NCBI GenBank assembly: GCA_007375535.1
Contig: VMEM01000002.1
Span: forward strand, 20,265 to 84,264
Direction: 5' to 3'
Length of the DNA: 64,000 nucleotides
DNA from: Parcubacteria group bacterium LiPW_41
Lineage (GTDB): Bacteria > Patescibacteriota > Minisyncoccia > UBA6257 > GWB1-50-10
Shown: in pieces, positions 18,387 to 27,639 of the stretch
Layout: each line of letters begins with the position of its first letter
Numbering within the stretch: position 1 is the stretch's first letter
Notes under the pieces: generated by a model
Told to the model about the DNA's origin: nothing
Databases searched by the model: none
Seen by the model: only the letters and a program-made list of their open reading frames with translations
Program-made: the position numbers and the translations under genes

Positions 18387-18458
18387 GAGGAAATAGCTCA
18401 GTTGGGAGAGCAACGCACTTTTACTGCGTGGTCGGTGGTTCGATTCCTCCTTTCCTCA
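18387..18458 (+). tRNA. tRNA-Lys (anticodon TTT)
   Basis: Cloverleaf folded by hand. Acceptor gaggaaa/tttcctc, D-stem gctc/gagc, anticodon stem acgca/tgcgt with loop cTTTTac, T-loop ttcgatt and A73. There is one U-U mismatch in the T-stem and no encoded CCA. Confidence 0.75.
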
Positions 18459-18462
18459 CGAT

Positions 18463-18535
18463 GCGGGAGTAGCTCAGTTGGTAGAGTACTGCCCTCGAAA
18501 GGCAGTGGTCGAAGGTTCGAGTCCTTTCTCCCGCT
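18463..18535 (+). tRNA. tRNA with anticodon CGA (nominally Ser) but class-I architecture and U73
   Basis: Acceptor gcgggag/ctcccgc, D-stem gctc/gagt, anticodon stem ctgcc/ggcag with loop ctCGAaa, 5-nt variable loop, and T-arm gaagg-ttcgagt-ccttt. Confidence 0.65.
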
Positions 18536-18716
18536 CGATATGCGGGCGGTATACGTGGAAAAGAAATAGATACTCGGCTGGATCTATTTTGATTACTACG
18601 TTGCCCGCACCAAATTCATAGATGAGTTGACTCCTTTCTCATCTTTCTTTATGTCCGCTTCCTATGAGGCGGATTTTTTTGTTGCAACAAGCTATGAATC
18701 CATTTACAGTGTGTGT

Positions 18717-19187
18717 ATGCAATTAATTGGGATATTATTAGACATTAGAAGTTTGCATAACGTGGGTTCAATGTTTCGTACTGCAGATGGGGCGGGGGTG
18801 GAACAATTGTATTTATGTGGAATTACTCCGCAACCATTTGATAGATTTGGGAGATTACAAAAGGAATTTACAAAGACGGCACTTGGATCAGAGAAAAGTG
18901 TTGAATGGAAATATATTAAATCAGTCACGCGTGTTATTAAAAAACTAAAAAAAGACGGATATGTGGTGTGTGGAATCGAACAATCAGAGATTTCAATTCC
19001 TTATGATCAATTTAAAAAACAAGGATATAGAAAGATTGCGTTTATTGTTGGTAATGAGGTTTCTGGTATATCGCCACGCATTCTCAAGCAATGTGACAAG
19101 ATTTTGGAAATACCAATGAAGGGAGAAAAAGAATCGCTGAATGTTTCTGTGGCTTTCGGAATCATTGCTTATGAGTTGAAAAAGTAG
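18717..19187 (+). CDS. SpoU/TrmH-family RNA 2'-O-methyltransferase
   Basis: SPOUT motifs LHNVGSMFRTADGAG, VGNEVSGIS and LNVSVAFGI. The start is placed at the internal Met (MQLIG) and could extend to 18627. Confidence 0.7.
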   Translation: MQLIGILLDIRSLHNVGSMFRTADGAGVEQLYLCGITPQPFDRFGRLQKEFTKTALGSEKSVEWKYIKSVTRVIKKLKKDGYVVCGIEQSEISIPYDQFKKQGYRKIAFIVGNEVSGISPRILKQCDKILEIPMKGEKESLNVSVAFGIIAYELKK

Positions 19188-19201
19188 GGTATACTATAGA
19201 T

Positions 19202-19681
19202 ATGAGTGGCCTTATGAAGATTGGTTCTTTGTTGTTTGGAGTCGCTATTGGTGCGGGGATTTTTTCTTTTGTGGTACTCAATAAGACACAGACACTTGAG
19301 AACAAAAAAGAGGTTAGGGTGAATAATCAGATAATCATCGCTGAAGTAGTTAAAACTGATAAAGCACGAGAGCGTGGGCTTTCAGGAAGGGAGTCAATTG
19401 GAGTAAACGAAGGGATGTTATTTGAATATCTGGGGAATGAGCAGGTAACGTTTTGGATGAAGGATATGAAATTTCCGATAGATATTGTATGGATTCGTGA
19501 TGGAATAGTAATTGGTTTTGAACAGAATGTTGATCCACAGGTTGGAGTCTCAGAAGATATGCTTAATCGATATAATTCTCCGGAACCGATAACACAAGTA
19601 TTAGAACTTCAAGCGGGGAGAGCAAAAACTCTTCGACTTTTTGTTGGGGCGCACATTGTGACTAAACCACTGGTTCAATAA
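19202..19681 (+). CDS. DUF192 domain protein, membrane anchored
   Basis: GLSGRESIGVNEGMLFEY...FWMKDMKFPIDIVWI matches the DUF192 (COG1430) core. Confidence 0.6.
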   Translation: MSGLMKIGSLLFGVAIGAGIFSFVVLNKTQTLENKKEVRVNNQIIIAEVVKTDKARERGLSGRESIGVNEGMLFEYLGNEQVTFWMKDMKFPIDIVWIRDGIVIGFEQNVDPQVGVSEDMLNRYNSPEPITQVLELQAGRAKTLRLFVGAHIVTKPLVQ

Positions 19682-19688
19682 TAAATTT

Positions 19689-20885
19689 ATGAAGAAATAT
19701 TTTGGTGTTTCTCGAAATGTGTTTTTTTTGGGGATTGTCAGTATGCTGAATGATTTCTCGAGTGAAATGATTCAGGCAATCATGCCAATTTTTTTGACGG
19801 CGACGCTCGGTGCTCCTGTTTTTGTTGTTGGTCTTATTGAGGGAATAGCTGATGCACTTGCTAGTGTTTTAAAGATTGTATTTGGTTGGGTTTCGGATAA
19901 GTGGAAGATTAGAAAGAAATTTGCTGTTGCTGGATATATTTTATCTGTTTCAACTCGTCCGTTCCTTACTCTTGTCTCAAGTTTTTGGCACATCTTTTTT
20001 CTTCGTTCTATTGATAGGATCGGAAAGGGAATGAGAGACGCACCGCGTGACGCGTTAATTTCTGAATCAACTGATTTTGATATGGTTGGAAAATCATTTG
20101 GTTTCCATCGTATGATGGATACTTTTGGTGGTATGATGGGCCCGCTTCTTGTGTTTCTTCTCCTCCCTGTATTTTTTGGATCATATCAACTTATTTTTCT
20201 TGTTGCTTTTGGGATTGGTGCTCTTGCCGTTATAACATTTGTTTTTGTTGAAGAGCCGGTTCATAAAGAAGAAAAAATACCAGTCGTTGCTCCACGGATG
20301 AATTTTTCTTTTTTAAGAAGTAATAGGAGGTTTTCTTTATTCCTGTTTTCTATTTTTATTTTTGGTCTTGGTACGCTTCCAATAGCGCTTTTGTTGTTGC
20401 GTGCTCCAAGTATAGGAATTGATGTAAAATATGTTCCTATTTTTTATCTCATATATCATATTGCGTTTTTGACCGCAGCATTCCCTTTGGGGAAAATTGC
20501 TGATTCATTTGGAAGGCGACGAATTATTGTATTGGGATTTTTTGCGGCTCTTGTTTCGTATATTTCACTTATATTTGTTGAGACATTCTTTGGGTTGGTT
20601 ATTTCATTTATTCTCTTTGGTATTTATAGTGCTGCTACTGATGGAGTTGAGAGAGCGATTGCTGCACGATGGGTTGATGCACATTCTCTTGCAATGGGAC
20701 AGGGGTTGCTCAATGCTGCAGTTGGTATTTCTGCTCTTCTTGCTGGTGGAATTGGTGGATTGTTATGGACATACGTTAGTCCAGAAGCAACATTTGTGTA
20801 TGCCGCAACTCTGTCGCTTGTTGGGAGCTTGCTGTTTATCTTTCTTCTTAATGTACGTTTTAAGGATGCAAAAGAAGCGGTATAA
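19689..20885 (+). CDS. MFS transporter
   Basis: 12 predicted TM helices and MFS signatures (G-x3-D-R/K-x-G-R-R-like loops GWVSDKWKIRKK and GKIADSFGRRR). Confidence 0.6.
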   Translation: MKKYFGVSRNVFFLGIVSMLNDFSSEMIQAIMPIFLTATLGAPVFVVGLIEGIADALASVLKIVFGWVSDKWKIRKKFAVAGYILSVSTRPFLTLVSSFWHIFFLRSIDRIGKGMRDAPRDALISESTDFDMVGKSFGFHRMMDTFGGMMGPLLVFLLLPVFFGSYQLIFLVAFGIGALAVITFVFVEEPVHKEEKIPVVAPRMNFSFLRSNRRFSLFLFSIFIFGLGTLPIALLLLRAPSIGIDVKYVPIFYLIYHIAFLTAAFPLGKIADSFGRRRIIVLGFFAALVSYISLIFVETFFGLVISFILFGIYSAATDGVERAIAARWVDAHSLAMGQGLLNAAVGISALLAGGIGGLLWTYVSPEATFVYAATLSLVGSLLFIFLLNVRFKDAKEAV

Positions 20886-20893
20886 TAGAATCA

Positions 20894-21907
20894 ATGAAAA
20901 ATATTGCGATAAATGGATTTGGGAGAATAGGGCGCTTGTTCCTTCGTAGTGCTTTACAAGATTCATCAATGCAGGTTGTTGCTATTAATGATTTGGGAAA
21001 CATTGAGAATCTCGCATACCTTTTTAAATATGATTCGGTGTATGGGGCGTATAAAGGAGAAATTTCTGTTTCTGGAGATTCTCTTATTATTGATGGGCGC
21101 ACCATTCAGTTTTTACAGGAACGTGACGCATCGAAACTTCCCTGGGGTTCTATGAATGTTGACGTGGTGCTTGAGTGCACGGGAGTGTTTGAGTCTTTTG
21201 AACAAGCGAACGTTCACATAGCTTCTGGTGCAAAACATGTAATTATTTCCGCTCCAGCAAAAGATGCTGACGGCGTGCGTGATGGGAAAACAGTATTGAT
21301 GGGGATAAATGACGACGATATAGCAAAACATCCAATTACATCAAATGCATCATGTACTACTAATGCGTCGGCGCCAGTGATCCAAGTAATGAATGAGACG
21401 ATTGGAGTTGAGAAGGCGGTATTAAATACGGTGCACGCATACACCGCAACGCAAAATATTGTTGATGGCCCTACAAAAGGAAGTGACTATCGAAGAGGAA
21501 GAGCGGGAGCGTTTAATATTTCTCCTTCAACAACTGGTGCTGCACTTGCTGTTTCTCGTGTGGTTAAGGAGCTTGAGGGGAAGTTTGATGGGGTAGCGAT
21601 GAGAGTTCCGACAATTTCTGGTTCTGTGGCCGATATTACATTTATTTCGAAGCGACCTACAACAGTAGAGGAGGTTAACTCTCTGTTAACAGAGGCGTCA
21701 AAAATGGAACGATGGAGTGGGATTTTAGGGGTTACTAATGAGCAGTTAGTTTCATCTGATATCTTGGGAATGCCATTTGGTGCGATTGTCGATCTTGGAT
21801 TTACGAAAGTAGTTGGTGGGAATCTTGTGAAAGTTCTTTCATGGTATGACAATGAGGCAGGCTATGTTTCTACTCTTATAAAACACGTTAAGAAAGCTTT
21901 TAAATAA
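20894..21907 (+). CDS. gap: glyceraldehyde-3-phosphate dehydrogenase
   Basis: INGFGRIGR and the active-site region ASCTTNA. Confidence 0.9.
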   Translation: MKNIAINGFGRIGRLFLRSALQDSSMQVVAINDLGNIENLAYLFKYDSVYGAYKGEISVSGDSLIIDGRTIQFLQERDASKLPWGSMNVDVVLECTGVFESFEQANVHIASGAKHVIISAPAKDADGVRDGKTVLMGINDDDIAKHPITSNASCTTNASAPVIQVMNETIGVEKAVLNTVHAYTATQNIVDGPTKGSDYRRGRAGAFNISPSTTGAALAVSRVVKELEGKFDGVAMRVPTISGSVADITFISKRPTTVEEVNSLLTEASKMERWSGILGVTNEQLVSSDILGMPFGAIVDLGFTKVVGGNLVKVLSWYDNEAGYVSTLIKHVKKAFK

Positions 21908-21914
21908 GGATTTT

Positions 21915-22943
21915 ATGAAGAAGATAATCATAATTATATTTTTAATTTTGATTATCTTCTTTTTTTTGTTTTTTATATTTAAACAAAAGATTAATAACGC
22001 GCAGGAAAAAGAAATCGCTTCCATTATTCAAATGAATAATGCAATAACTCGATTGCAAAAAATAGAGGAAGAAGAAAAGAACAAAAAAGAAGAACTTTCT
22101 CTCTTGTTCGTTGGAGATGTAATGCTTTCTAGAGACATTGCTAAAAAAATACAAATAAATGGGGATCAAAAATTTCCCTTCCTTTCGGTTGCGGAAAAAT
22201 TGAGCGGAGCTGATATTGCTGTGGGCAACCTTGAAGGCCCAATTTCTTCACGAGGAAGAAATCAAGGAAGTAAGTATTCGTTTCGTGCAAATCCTGAAGT
22301 GATTGAAGGAATTCAATATGCTGGTTTTGATTTATTTTCGCTTGCAAACAATCATATCTTTGATTGGGGACGAGACGCACTAGAAGACACAATGTTGATT
22401 CTTTCGAGTTCAAGTATTAATTTTTCTGGAGTTGGAAAAAATTATGAAGATGCAAACAGGGTAACGGTTATAAAGAAGAAAGGATATTTAGTTGGATTTT
22501 TGTCTTTTACTAATTTATATCCGAAAACATTATTTGCAACAGATAAAAAATCAGGAATTAGTGAGTATGATGAAAAAAAGATTTTGGAACGAATTATTGC
22601 CATACGAAAAGAAGTTGATGTTGTGGTGGTGCTTCTTCATTGGGGAAATGAATATGAAACAAATTCAAACAATACACAGAAGAAATTTGCTCGAGAATTG
22701 ATTGATGTGGGGGCGGATATGGTTGTTGGACACCATCCACATGTCGCACAAGAAGTCGAGAAGTATAAGAATGGAATTATTGCATATAGTTTGGGGAATT
22801 TTGTATTTGACCAAGGATTTTCAAAAGAAACAATGAAGGGATTAGCACTTGATGTGAAGTGTATTGAAGCGCATACATGCTCCGCAAAACCAATTGAAGT
22901 TTTAATAAACAACGATTTCCAACCAACGTTTTCAGGGTTATAA
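21915..22943 (+). CDS. CapA/PGA_cap family metallophosphatase-like protein, membrane anchored
   Basis: N-terminal TM; LLFVGDVMLSRD, LANNHIFDWG and GHHPHV motifs. Confidence 0.7.
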   Translation: MKKIIIIIFLILIIFFFLFFIFKQKINNAQEKEIASIIQMNNAITRLQKIEEEEKNKKEELSLLFVGDVMLSRDIAKKIQINGDQKFPFLSVAEKLSGADIAVGNLEGPISSRGRNQGSKYSFRANPEVIEGIQYAGFDLFSLANNHIFDWGRDALEDTMLILSSSSINFSGVGKNYEDANRVTVIKKKGYLVGFLSFTNLYPKTLFATDKKSGISEYDEKKILERIIAIRKEVDVVVVLLHWGNEYETNSNNTQKKFARELIDVGADMVVGHHPHVAQEVEKYKNGIIAYSLGNFVFDQGFSKETMKGLALDVKCIEAHTCSAKPIEVLINNDFQPTFSGL

Positions 22944-22950
22944 TTACTTT

Positions 22951-23451
22951 ATGCTCATATATATTGGAGCCGATCATCGGGGATATGCTATAAAAGAATA
23001 TTTGAAGGTTTTTTTGAAAGAAGGTGGATACACTGTTTCTGATGTTGGCGACCTTCAATTAGATGAAAATGATGACTACACTGATTTTGCTTCTAAAGTT
23101 GCGGAGCGAGTGAGTGTCGATTATGACCGAAGTAAAGGAATTCTTGTTTGTGGTTCAGGTGCTGGAATGACTATTACCGCAAATAAGTATCCAAATGTTC
23201 GTGCGGGAGTCGCTCTTACTCCAGATCAGGCATATGATTTGCGGAACGATGATGATGTGAATATTTTAGGAATTGGCGCAAACTACACATCTCCCGAGCA
23301 GGCAAAAAAAATAGTTGTTACGTGGTTACAAACCCCATTTGCTCGAGAGGCACGGTTTCGTCGCCGCCTTGAAAAACTTTCTCAGATTGAAATGAAAATT
23401 AATCGTCCAGAATTTGGTGGAACCCCTTATGAACATAATTCCAACGATTAA
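22951..23451 (+). CDS. rpiB: ribose-5-phosphate isomerase B
   Basis: MLIYIGADHRGY...CGSGAGMTITANKYPNVRA. The start is 6 nt after TATAAT. Confidence 0.85.
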   Translation: MLIYIGADHRGYAIKEYLKVFLKEGGYTVSDVGDLQLDENDDYTDFASKVAERVSVDYDRSKGILVCGSGAGMTITANKYPNVRAGVALTPDQAYDLRNDDDVNILGIGANYTSPEQAKKIVVTWLQTPFAREARFRRRLEKLSQIEMKINRPEFGGTPYEHNSND

Positions 23452-24067
23452 CGTTAAAACAAAAGAAGAAGCAGAGTTGGCAATAGAAAAATTAAAACTC
23501 ATTGAACCAGCGTGGGTTCAGTTTGATATAAGTGACGGAAGATTTTCAGAAACCGTTTCATGGAACAATCCAAAAGAAGCGATGGAAATTATTTCTCTCA
23601 TTCTTCCCAATGTTTTAGTTGAGGCACATCTTATGGTACAAGATCAAAAAACGAATGCGTGCGCATGGATTGATGCGGGAGTGGGGAGAGTGATTGTTCA
23701 CTCAGAGGCACTTGATGGTGAAATGTTTGGTTTTATAAATGAATATGCAAAAAAACATAATGCGCATGTTATGGTAGCCCTCTCTCCTGACACAAATATA
23801 GAAGTAATAAATAAATTTAACGGGGTAAATGAGGTCCAGGTTTTGGCGGTCCATCCTGGTCCATCGGGACAGGAATTTATTCCAAGCATGGTGGAAAAGA
23901 TTAAGGAATTAAAGAAAATAAATCCACATTTTTATATTGAAGTTGATGGAGGGATGAATAAAGAGACAATTCAGTTAGTGAGAGATGTGGGAGTAGATGG
24001 TGTGGCGATGGGTGCATATCTATCTAAATCGGATGATATTGTCAGTTCGTTTAAAGAACTATTCTAA
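23429..24067 (+). CDS. rpe: ribulose-phosphate 3-epimerase
   Basis: TIM-barrel epimerase blocks VQFDISDGRF, HLMVQD, VLAVHPGPSGQEF and IEVDGGMN. It overlaps the rpiB end. Confidence 0.7.
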   Translation: MNIIPTINVKTKEEAELAIEKLKLIEPAWVQFDISDGRFSETVSWNNPKEAMEIISLILPNVLVEAHLMVQDQKTNACAWIDAGVGRVIVHSEALDGEMFGFINEYAKKHNAHVMVALSPDTNIEVINKFNGVNEVQVLAVHPGPSGQEFIPSMVEKIKELKKINPHFYIEVDGGMNKETIQLVRDVGVDGVAMGAYLSKSDDIVSSFKELF

Positions 24068-24076
24068 TAATATAAT

Positions 24077-24113
24077 TTGACTAATTCGCCTACCTATTGT
24101 ATACAATAGGTAG
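24077..24113 (+). promoter_or_regulatory. promoter overlapped by a perfect 24-bp palindrome (candidate operator)
   Basis: ttgact, 17 nt, tataca; palindrome ctacctattgta|tacaataggtag at about 24090-24113; an AAGGAG RBS precedes the ATG at 24142. It could alternatively act as a weak terminator for rpe. Confidence 0.4.
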
Positions 24114-24141
24114 TATTTTAATAACATAAAGGAGAATAGAA

Positions 24142-24846
24142 ATGAAAGATACAATAGCAGTTTCAGATGCTGCGTTAATCTTGGGTAGTGAGAGAGTTAT
24201 AAATGCTTCTCTAATAGGAAAAGCATTTGTACATTCAGAAAATGCACTTTATGAAAAGACTGGTTATACTCGCGAACAACTTGAATCTGCCGCTGACTCA
24301 AATAATAAAGGGTTGGCGAATTGGTTTCTTGTGTATCACTCGGGAAAATCACCAAAGGAAATTCTTAACGAACGATTTGAAAATCTTGAGTTTGGATTTG
24401 GAGAAACAGATCGGTTTTATAAAAATCATTGGTTCTCATATTCAAATGAAAGCTTCTGGACTGAAAAAAAAGAAAAAGCTGGATATTATCTTCTTAACTT
24501 CGGAGGCGAAGAAGATGAATCTCGAGAGTTGAGATTTGAATCTATGACGTTTTCAGAGCAAGAAGAGAAAATACGCTTTCTTTTTGAGAAGAGGCGTGCG
24601 CCCTTTAATATTGTTATGGAGGCAGTTTTTTCAATTTATGATTCTTTCGGAATTCTCTTGTTGAAACAGTGGAAGCATTTAAGTGATACAAGAATTCATG
24701 ATGGCCGTCTTTTATATTTGGGCGGTACTGCCTCAAAGAGTAATAAAAAAATGATGAATGTTTTTGGATTCCCAAAAGAACAAGAATCTGATCCAAAATA
24801 TTATTATGGTTTTGGTATGGTTCTTCTGATGAGAAAATGGGAATAA
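24142..24846 (+). CDS. hypothetical protein
   Basis: 234 aa with no recognisable motif. It has its own SD and terminator. Confidence 0.4.
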   Translation: MKDTIAVSDAALILGSERVINASLIGKAFVHSENALYEKTGYTREQLESAADSNNKGLANWFLVYHSGKSPKEILNERFENLEFGFGETDRFYKNHWFSYSNESFWTEKKEKAGYYLLNFGGEEDESRELRFESMTFSEQEEKIRFLFEKRRAPFNIVMEAVFSIYDSFGILLLKQWKHLSDTRIHDGRLLYLGGTASKSNKKMMNVFGFPKEQESDPKYYYGFGMVLLMRKWE

Positions 24847-24857
24847 AAAAATAATTT

Positions 24858-24886
24858 TTCCCCACACTATGTGGGGATTTTTTATT
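24858..24886 (+). terminator. rho-independent terminator
   Basis: tccccaca-ctat-gtgggga followed by TTTTTT. Confidence 0.65.
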
Positions 24887-24909
24887 TGGTACAGTTTATA
24901 CTTAGATAT

Positions 24910-25332
24910 ATGTGGATTTTATATGCATTTCTTTCCTCAATTTTTGCGGCGCTTGTCGCAATCTTTGGAAAGTTTGGTTTGAAGGATATTGATTCAACGC
25001 TTGCAACAACGATTCGATCAATAATTATGGCGGGATTTTTGGTAATAACGAGTTTGTCCCTAAAGAAATTTCAAGGATTTTCTTTGAGTTCATTAACGGG
25101 AAAAGAGTGGATATTTATTGTTCTTGCGGGAGTCGCCGGTGCACTTTCGTGGTTGTTTTATTTTGTGGCGCTGAAATATGGAATCGCCACGAAGGTGGTT
25201 GCCATTGATCGATTAAGTATAATTTTTGTGGTAATACTCGCGGCATTATTCCTTGGAGAGGCAATTGGATGGAAGGCAGTATTAGGTGCACTATTTATGA
25301 TAGCTGGTGCAATTCTTATAACACTTAAATAA
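24910..25332 (+). CDS. EamA/DMT-superfamily small membrane transporter
   Basis: Four to five TM helices with an EamA-like pattern. The start is placed after the terminator hairpin. Confidence 0.5.
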   Translation: MWILYAFLSSIFAALVAIFGKFGLKDIDSTLATTIRSIIMAGFLVITSLSLKKFQGFSLSSLTGKEWIFIVLAGVAGALSWLFYFVALKYGIATKVVAIDRLSIIFVVILAALFLGEAIGWKAVLGALFMIAGAILITLK

Positions 25333-25357
25333 AAAATCCCCCTTTGGGGGATTTTAA
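25333..25357. terminator. bidirectional rho-independent terminator
   Basis: aaaaaatccccc-ttt-gggggatttt, lying between convergent genes. Confidence 0.7.
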
Positions 25358-26373
25358 AATTCTGCTTTTTCCAACCAGCGGAGCGTTTTTTCATTTGTGA
25401 GCGTTTCCTCTATATAACTCTTGAAATCTTCTGGGTTTAGGTTGGGGTAATGCATCATTGCTTGTTTTATCTCTGCTTCTATTTGTTCCTCGTCAGGAGT
25501 TATTTTTTCTTCTTTCGCGATTTCCTGAATTATGAATTTTGTTTTTAGTTGCTCTTCGATTGATTCTCTTTTTGCTTTGATGAATTCTTCTTCGGTTTTC
25601 TTTATATTTTTGAAATAGTCCTCAAGAGACATTTTATGTTTCTCAAGATCTTTTGTGAGACGATTGAGTGATGCATAGATTTCGTCATCAACCATTGGAA
25701 GGGGAAGAGTAATTTCTGATTCAGAAATTAGTTTTTTAACGAGAGCCTCAAAGTTTTCTCGTGACGTATCGAGTTCTTTTTCTTTCTTTATATTTTCTTT
25801 GAGTTTGGTTCTGAAATCTTCAACCGACTCAAAGTTTCCAAGTGTTTTTACAAATTCCTCATTGAGTTCTGGGATTGTTCCTTTTTCATCTTTTCTAAGT
25901 TCTTGGAGCTCTTTTATGACTTGTTCCACATCTGACTCGGTTACCTCAACCGTTTTTTCTTTTGATTTTATTTCTTTTGCTATTTTTTTGTAGTTAGGAA
26001 GTTTTACTTTTGGTGCAACCGCTACAGTGATCTTAAACTCCAATGGATTTCCTAATGCAAGTTTAACAATGGTAACGCGTGGCGCACTCATTGGAACAAT
26101 TGAGTGCATGTGGAGTATGTGGGGGTAGGTTTCGCTCAACGCTTCTTCTGCTGCATCCTCTAATACATGGTTTTGATCTACCTGTTTTTCAATAATATCT
26201 TTTGGTGCGTGTCCTTTGCGGAATCCTGGAACATCCGCCTCTTTTGCAACTCCCTCAATTACTTTTTTTCGATGCTTTTCAATTGTTTCTGCATCTATTG
26301 TTCCCGAAATTTCAATGACTGCGTCTTTTGGCTCTGAAATAACAACCGAAAAATTATCATGATTGTGTGACAT
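25354..26373 (-). CDS. tig: trigger factor
   Basis: Ribosome-binding N-domain with GFRKGHAP and a C-terminal chaperone arm. The PPIase domain is apparently reduced. The start is placed at MSHNHD. Confidence 0.7.
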   Translation of the reverse strand: MSHNHDNFSVVISEPKDAVIEISGTIDAETIEKHRKKVIEGVAKEADVPGFRKGHAPKDIIEKQVDQNHVLEDAAEEALSETYPHILHMHSIVPMSAPRVTIVKLALGNPLEFKITVAVAPKVKLPNYKKIAKEIKSKEKTVEVTESDVEQVIKELQELRKDEKGTIPELNEEFVKTLGNFESVEDFRTKLKENIKKEKELDTSRENFEALVKKLISESEITLPLPMVDDEIYASLNRLTKDLEKHKMSLEDYFKNIKKTEEEFIKAKRESIEEQLKTKFIIQEIAKEEKITPDEEQIEAEIKQAMMHYPNLNPEDFKSYIEETLTNEKTLRWLEKAEF

Positions 26374-26485
26374 ATATTTAGACCTATTATATAGGTCAAA
26401 ACGCAAAATGCAAATCAAAATTATAAATGGCGAAAAGAAGAAAACTCTCAATTAAAAATCAATAATAAATTTCATAAGACGTAAG

Positions 26486-26667
26486 AATCCACTCTTTTAT
26501 ACATACACTGAAGTGCACTGTATAAATTATGAAGAGAAGGAGATATAAAAACATACTCTATAGCGCTGTCTGAGGTACTTTGTACCGAGTTCGCTATAGA
26601 GTATGTTTTTTCTACTTATCTGAATAAAATTTATAGCGCACGAAAGTTTTGTATAAAAGAGTGGATT
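26486..26667. repeat. nested perfect inverted repeats
   Basis: Outer 17-bp IR aatccactcttttatac (26486-26502) pairs with gtataaaagagtggatt (26651-26667). Inner 16-bp IR aacatactctatagcg (26550-26565) pairs with cgctatagagtatgtt (26592-26607), and a ggtac-ttt-gtacc core sits at the centre. Confidence 0.6.
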
Positions 26668-26736
26668 CTGGAGTGAACCTTATCCACAAGACAAAGTAAA
26701 AAAAGAGGAGTAAAATAATAAAGTTAGTTAAACAAA

Positions 26737-26825
26737 GGACGGCAGCACGCCGACTATCAAATCCCGGATGAGCACGGGTGTGCGAAAAGGGGAACACCTC
26801 CTCCAATTTCGCGCCTGTTCTTTTA
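26737..26825 (+). ncRNA. GC-rich island in the AT-rich spacer; candidate small RNA or leader
   Basis: ggacggcagcacgccgactatcaaatcccggatgagcacgggtgtgcgaaaaggggaacacctcctccaatttcgcgcc, with a gcgaaa...tttcgc stem. The function is unassigned. Confidence 0.25.
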
Positions 26826-26859
26826 AGAGGTATGCTTTCTTTTGTTGTGTCTAAAAATT

Positions 26860-27582
26860 ATGAAGCGGTTTTTGTCATTAAAACGGGCCCTTCACGTCAT
26901 ATCAGTAACCGCCCTTGCGGTTCTTTTTTTATTTTTTCTCAACAATCTATTGAGTGATAGGTCAATATTTCAAAATTTGTTTTCTACAAAGAAAGTTTTT
27001 GTTGGTACATTTGATGTTGGCGAAGATAACAAAGAAATCAGTAAAAGTAGCTCAAGAGCAAAAGAATATTCAGCATCGTTGAGTGCAAACGTTATCACAA
27101 AAAAGAAAGTGATAACAAAAACATCGGAAAAAATAGCGAGTGTGGTAAGTAGCACAAAGATTTCGGAATCACCAACAAGAATAAACCCAAAATTATATAT
27201 TCAGGAAATTCAAGCTGGTAATGAAGTGGGAGCGCTTAATGAATTTGTGAGGATTTGCAATTATGGGGATCCAGTATCATTAAAAGATTTCTCCTTAAAG
27301 AAAAAATCATCAACGGGCAGGGAAGAGGGATTAATAGCTGATCAATGGGGTAGTTTGAAGATCGAAAAAGAAAATTGTATTTATGTTGCAAACTCTAGTG
27401 CAATACTTTCTGTTTCTATAAGTGCTCAGTGGGCAAAGTCTCACGCACTCGCAGAGAAAAATAATACTTTATTGCTGTATTATAACAATACCTTAATTGA
27501 CGAAGTATTTTGGAATATTATTCCAAAAGGGAAAAGCATTATTCGGGAATCAGTAACATCTACGTGGCATGTTAAGAGTTAG
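26860..27582 (+). CDS. secreted lamin-tail-domain (LTD) protein
   Basis: Signal peptide followed by an LTD-like core: IQEIQAGNEVGALNEFVRICNYGDPVSLKDFSL. Confidence 0.5.
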   Translation: MKRFLSLKRALHVISVTALAVLFLFFLNNLLSDRSIFQNLFSTKKVFVGTFDVGEDNKEISKSSSRAKEYSASLSANVITKKKVITKTSEKIASVVSSTKISESPTRINPKLYIQEIQAGNEVGALNEFVRICNYGDPVSLKDFSLKKKSSTGREEGLIADQWGSLKIEKENCIYVANSSAILSVSISAQWAKSHALAEKNNTLLLYYNNTLIDEVFWNIIPKGKSIIRESVTSTWHVKS

Positions 27583-27639
27583 TATTGTGTTTATTTTCTT
27601 TTTTCTATAATCTAATTTTGTACTTTAAAAGGAGGATTT

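Noticed and set aside
26780-26800. The sequence aacacctcctcc, considered as a displaced 16S anti-SD exon
   Set aside because: It is 12 kb away from the 16S gene with several protein genes in between. It has no flanking rRNA-like sequence and the GATCACCTCCTTA context is not preserved, so it is most likely coincidental.
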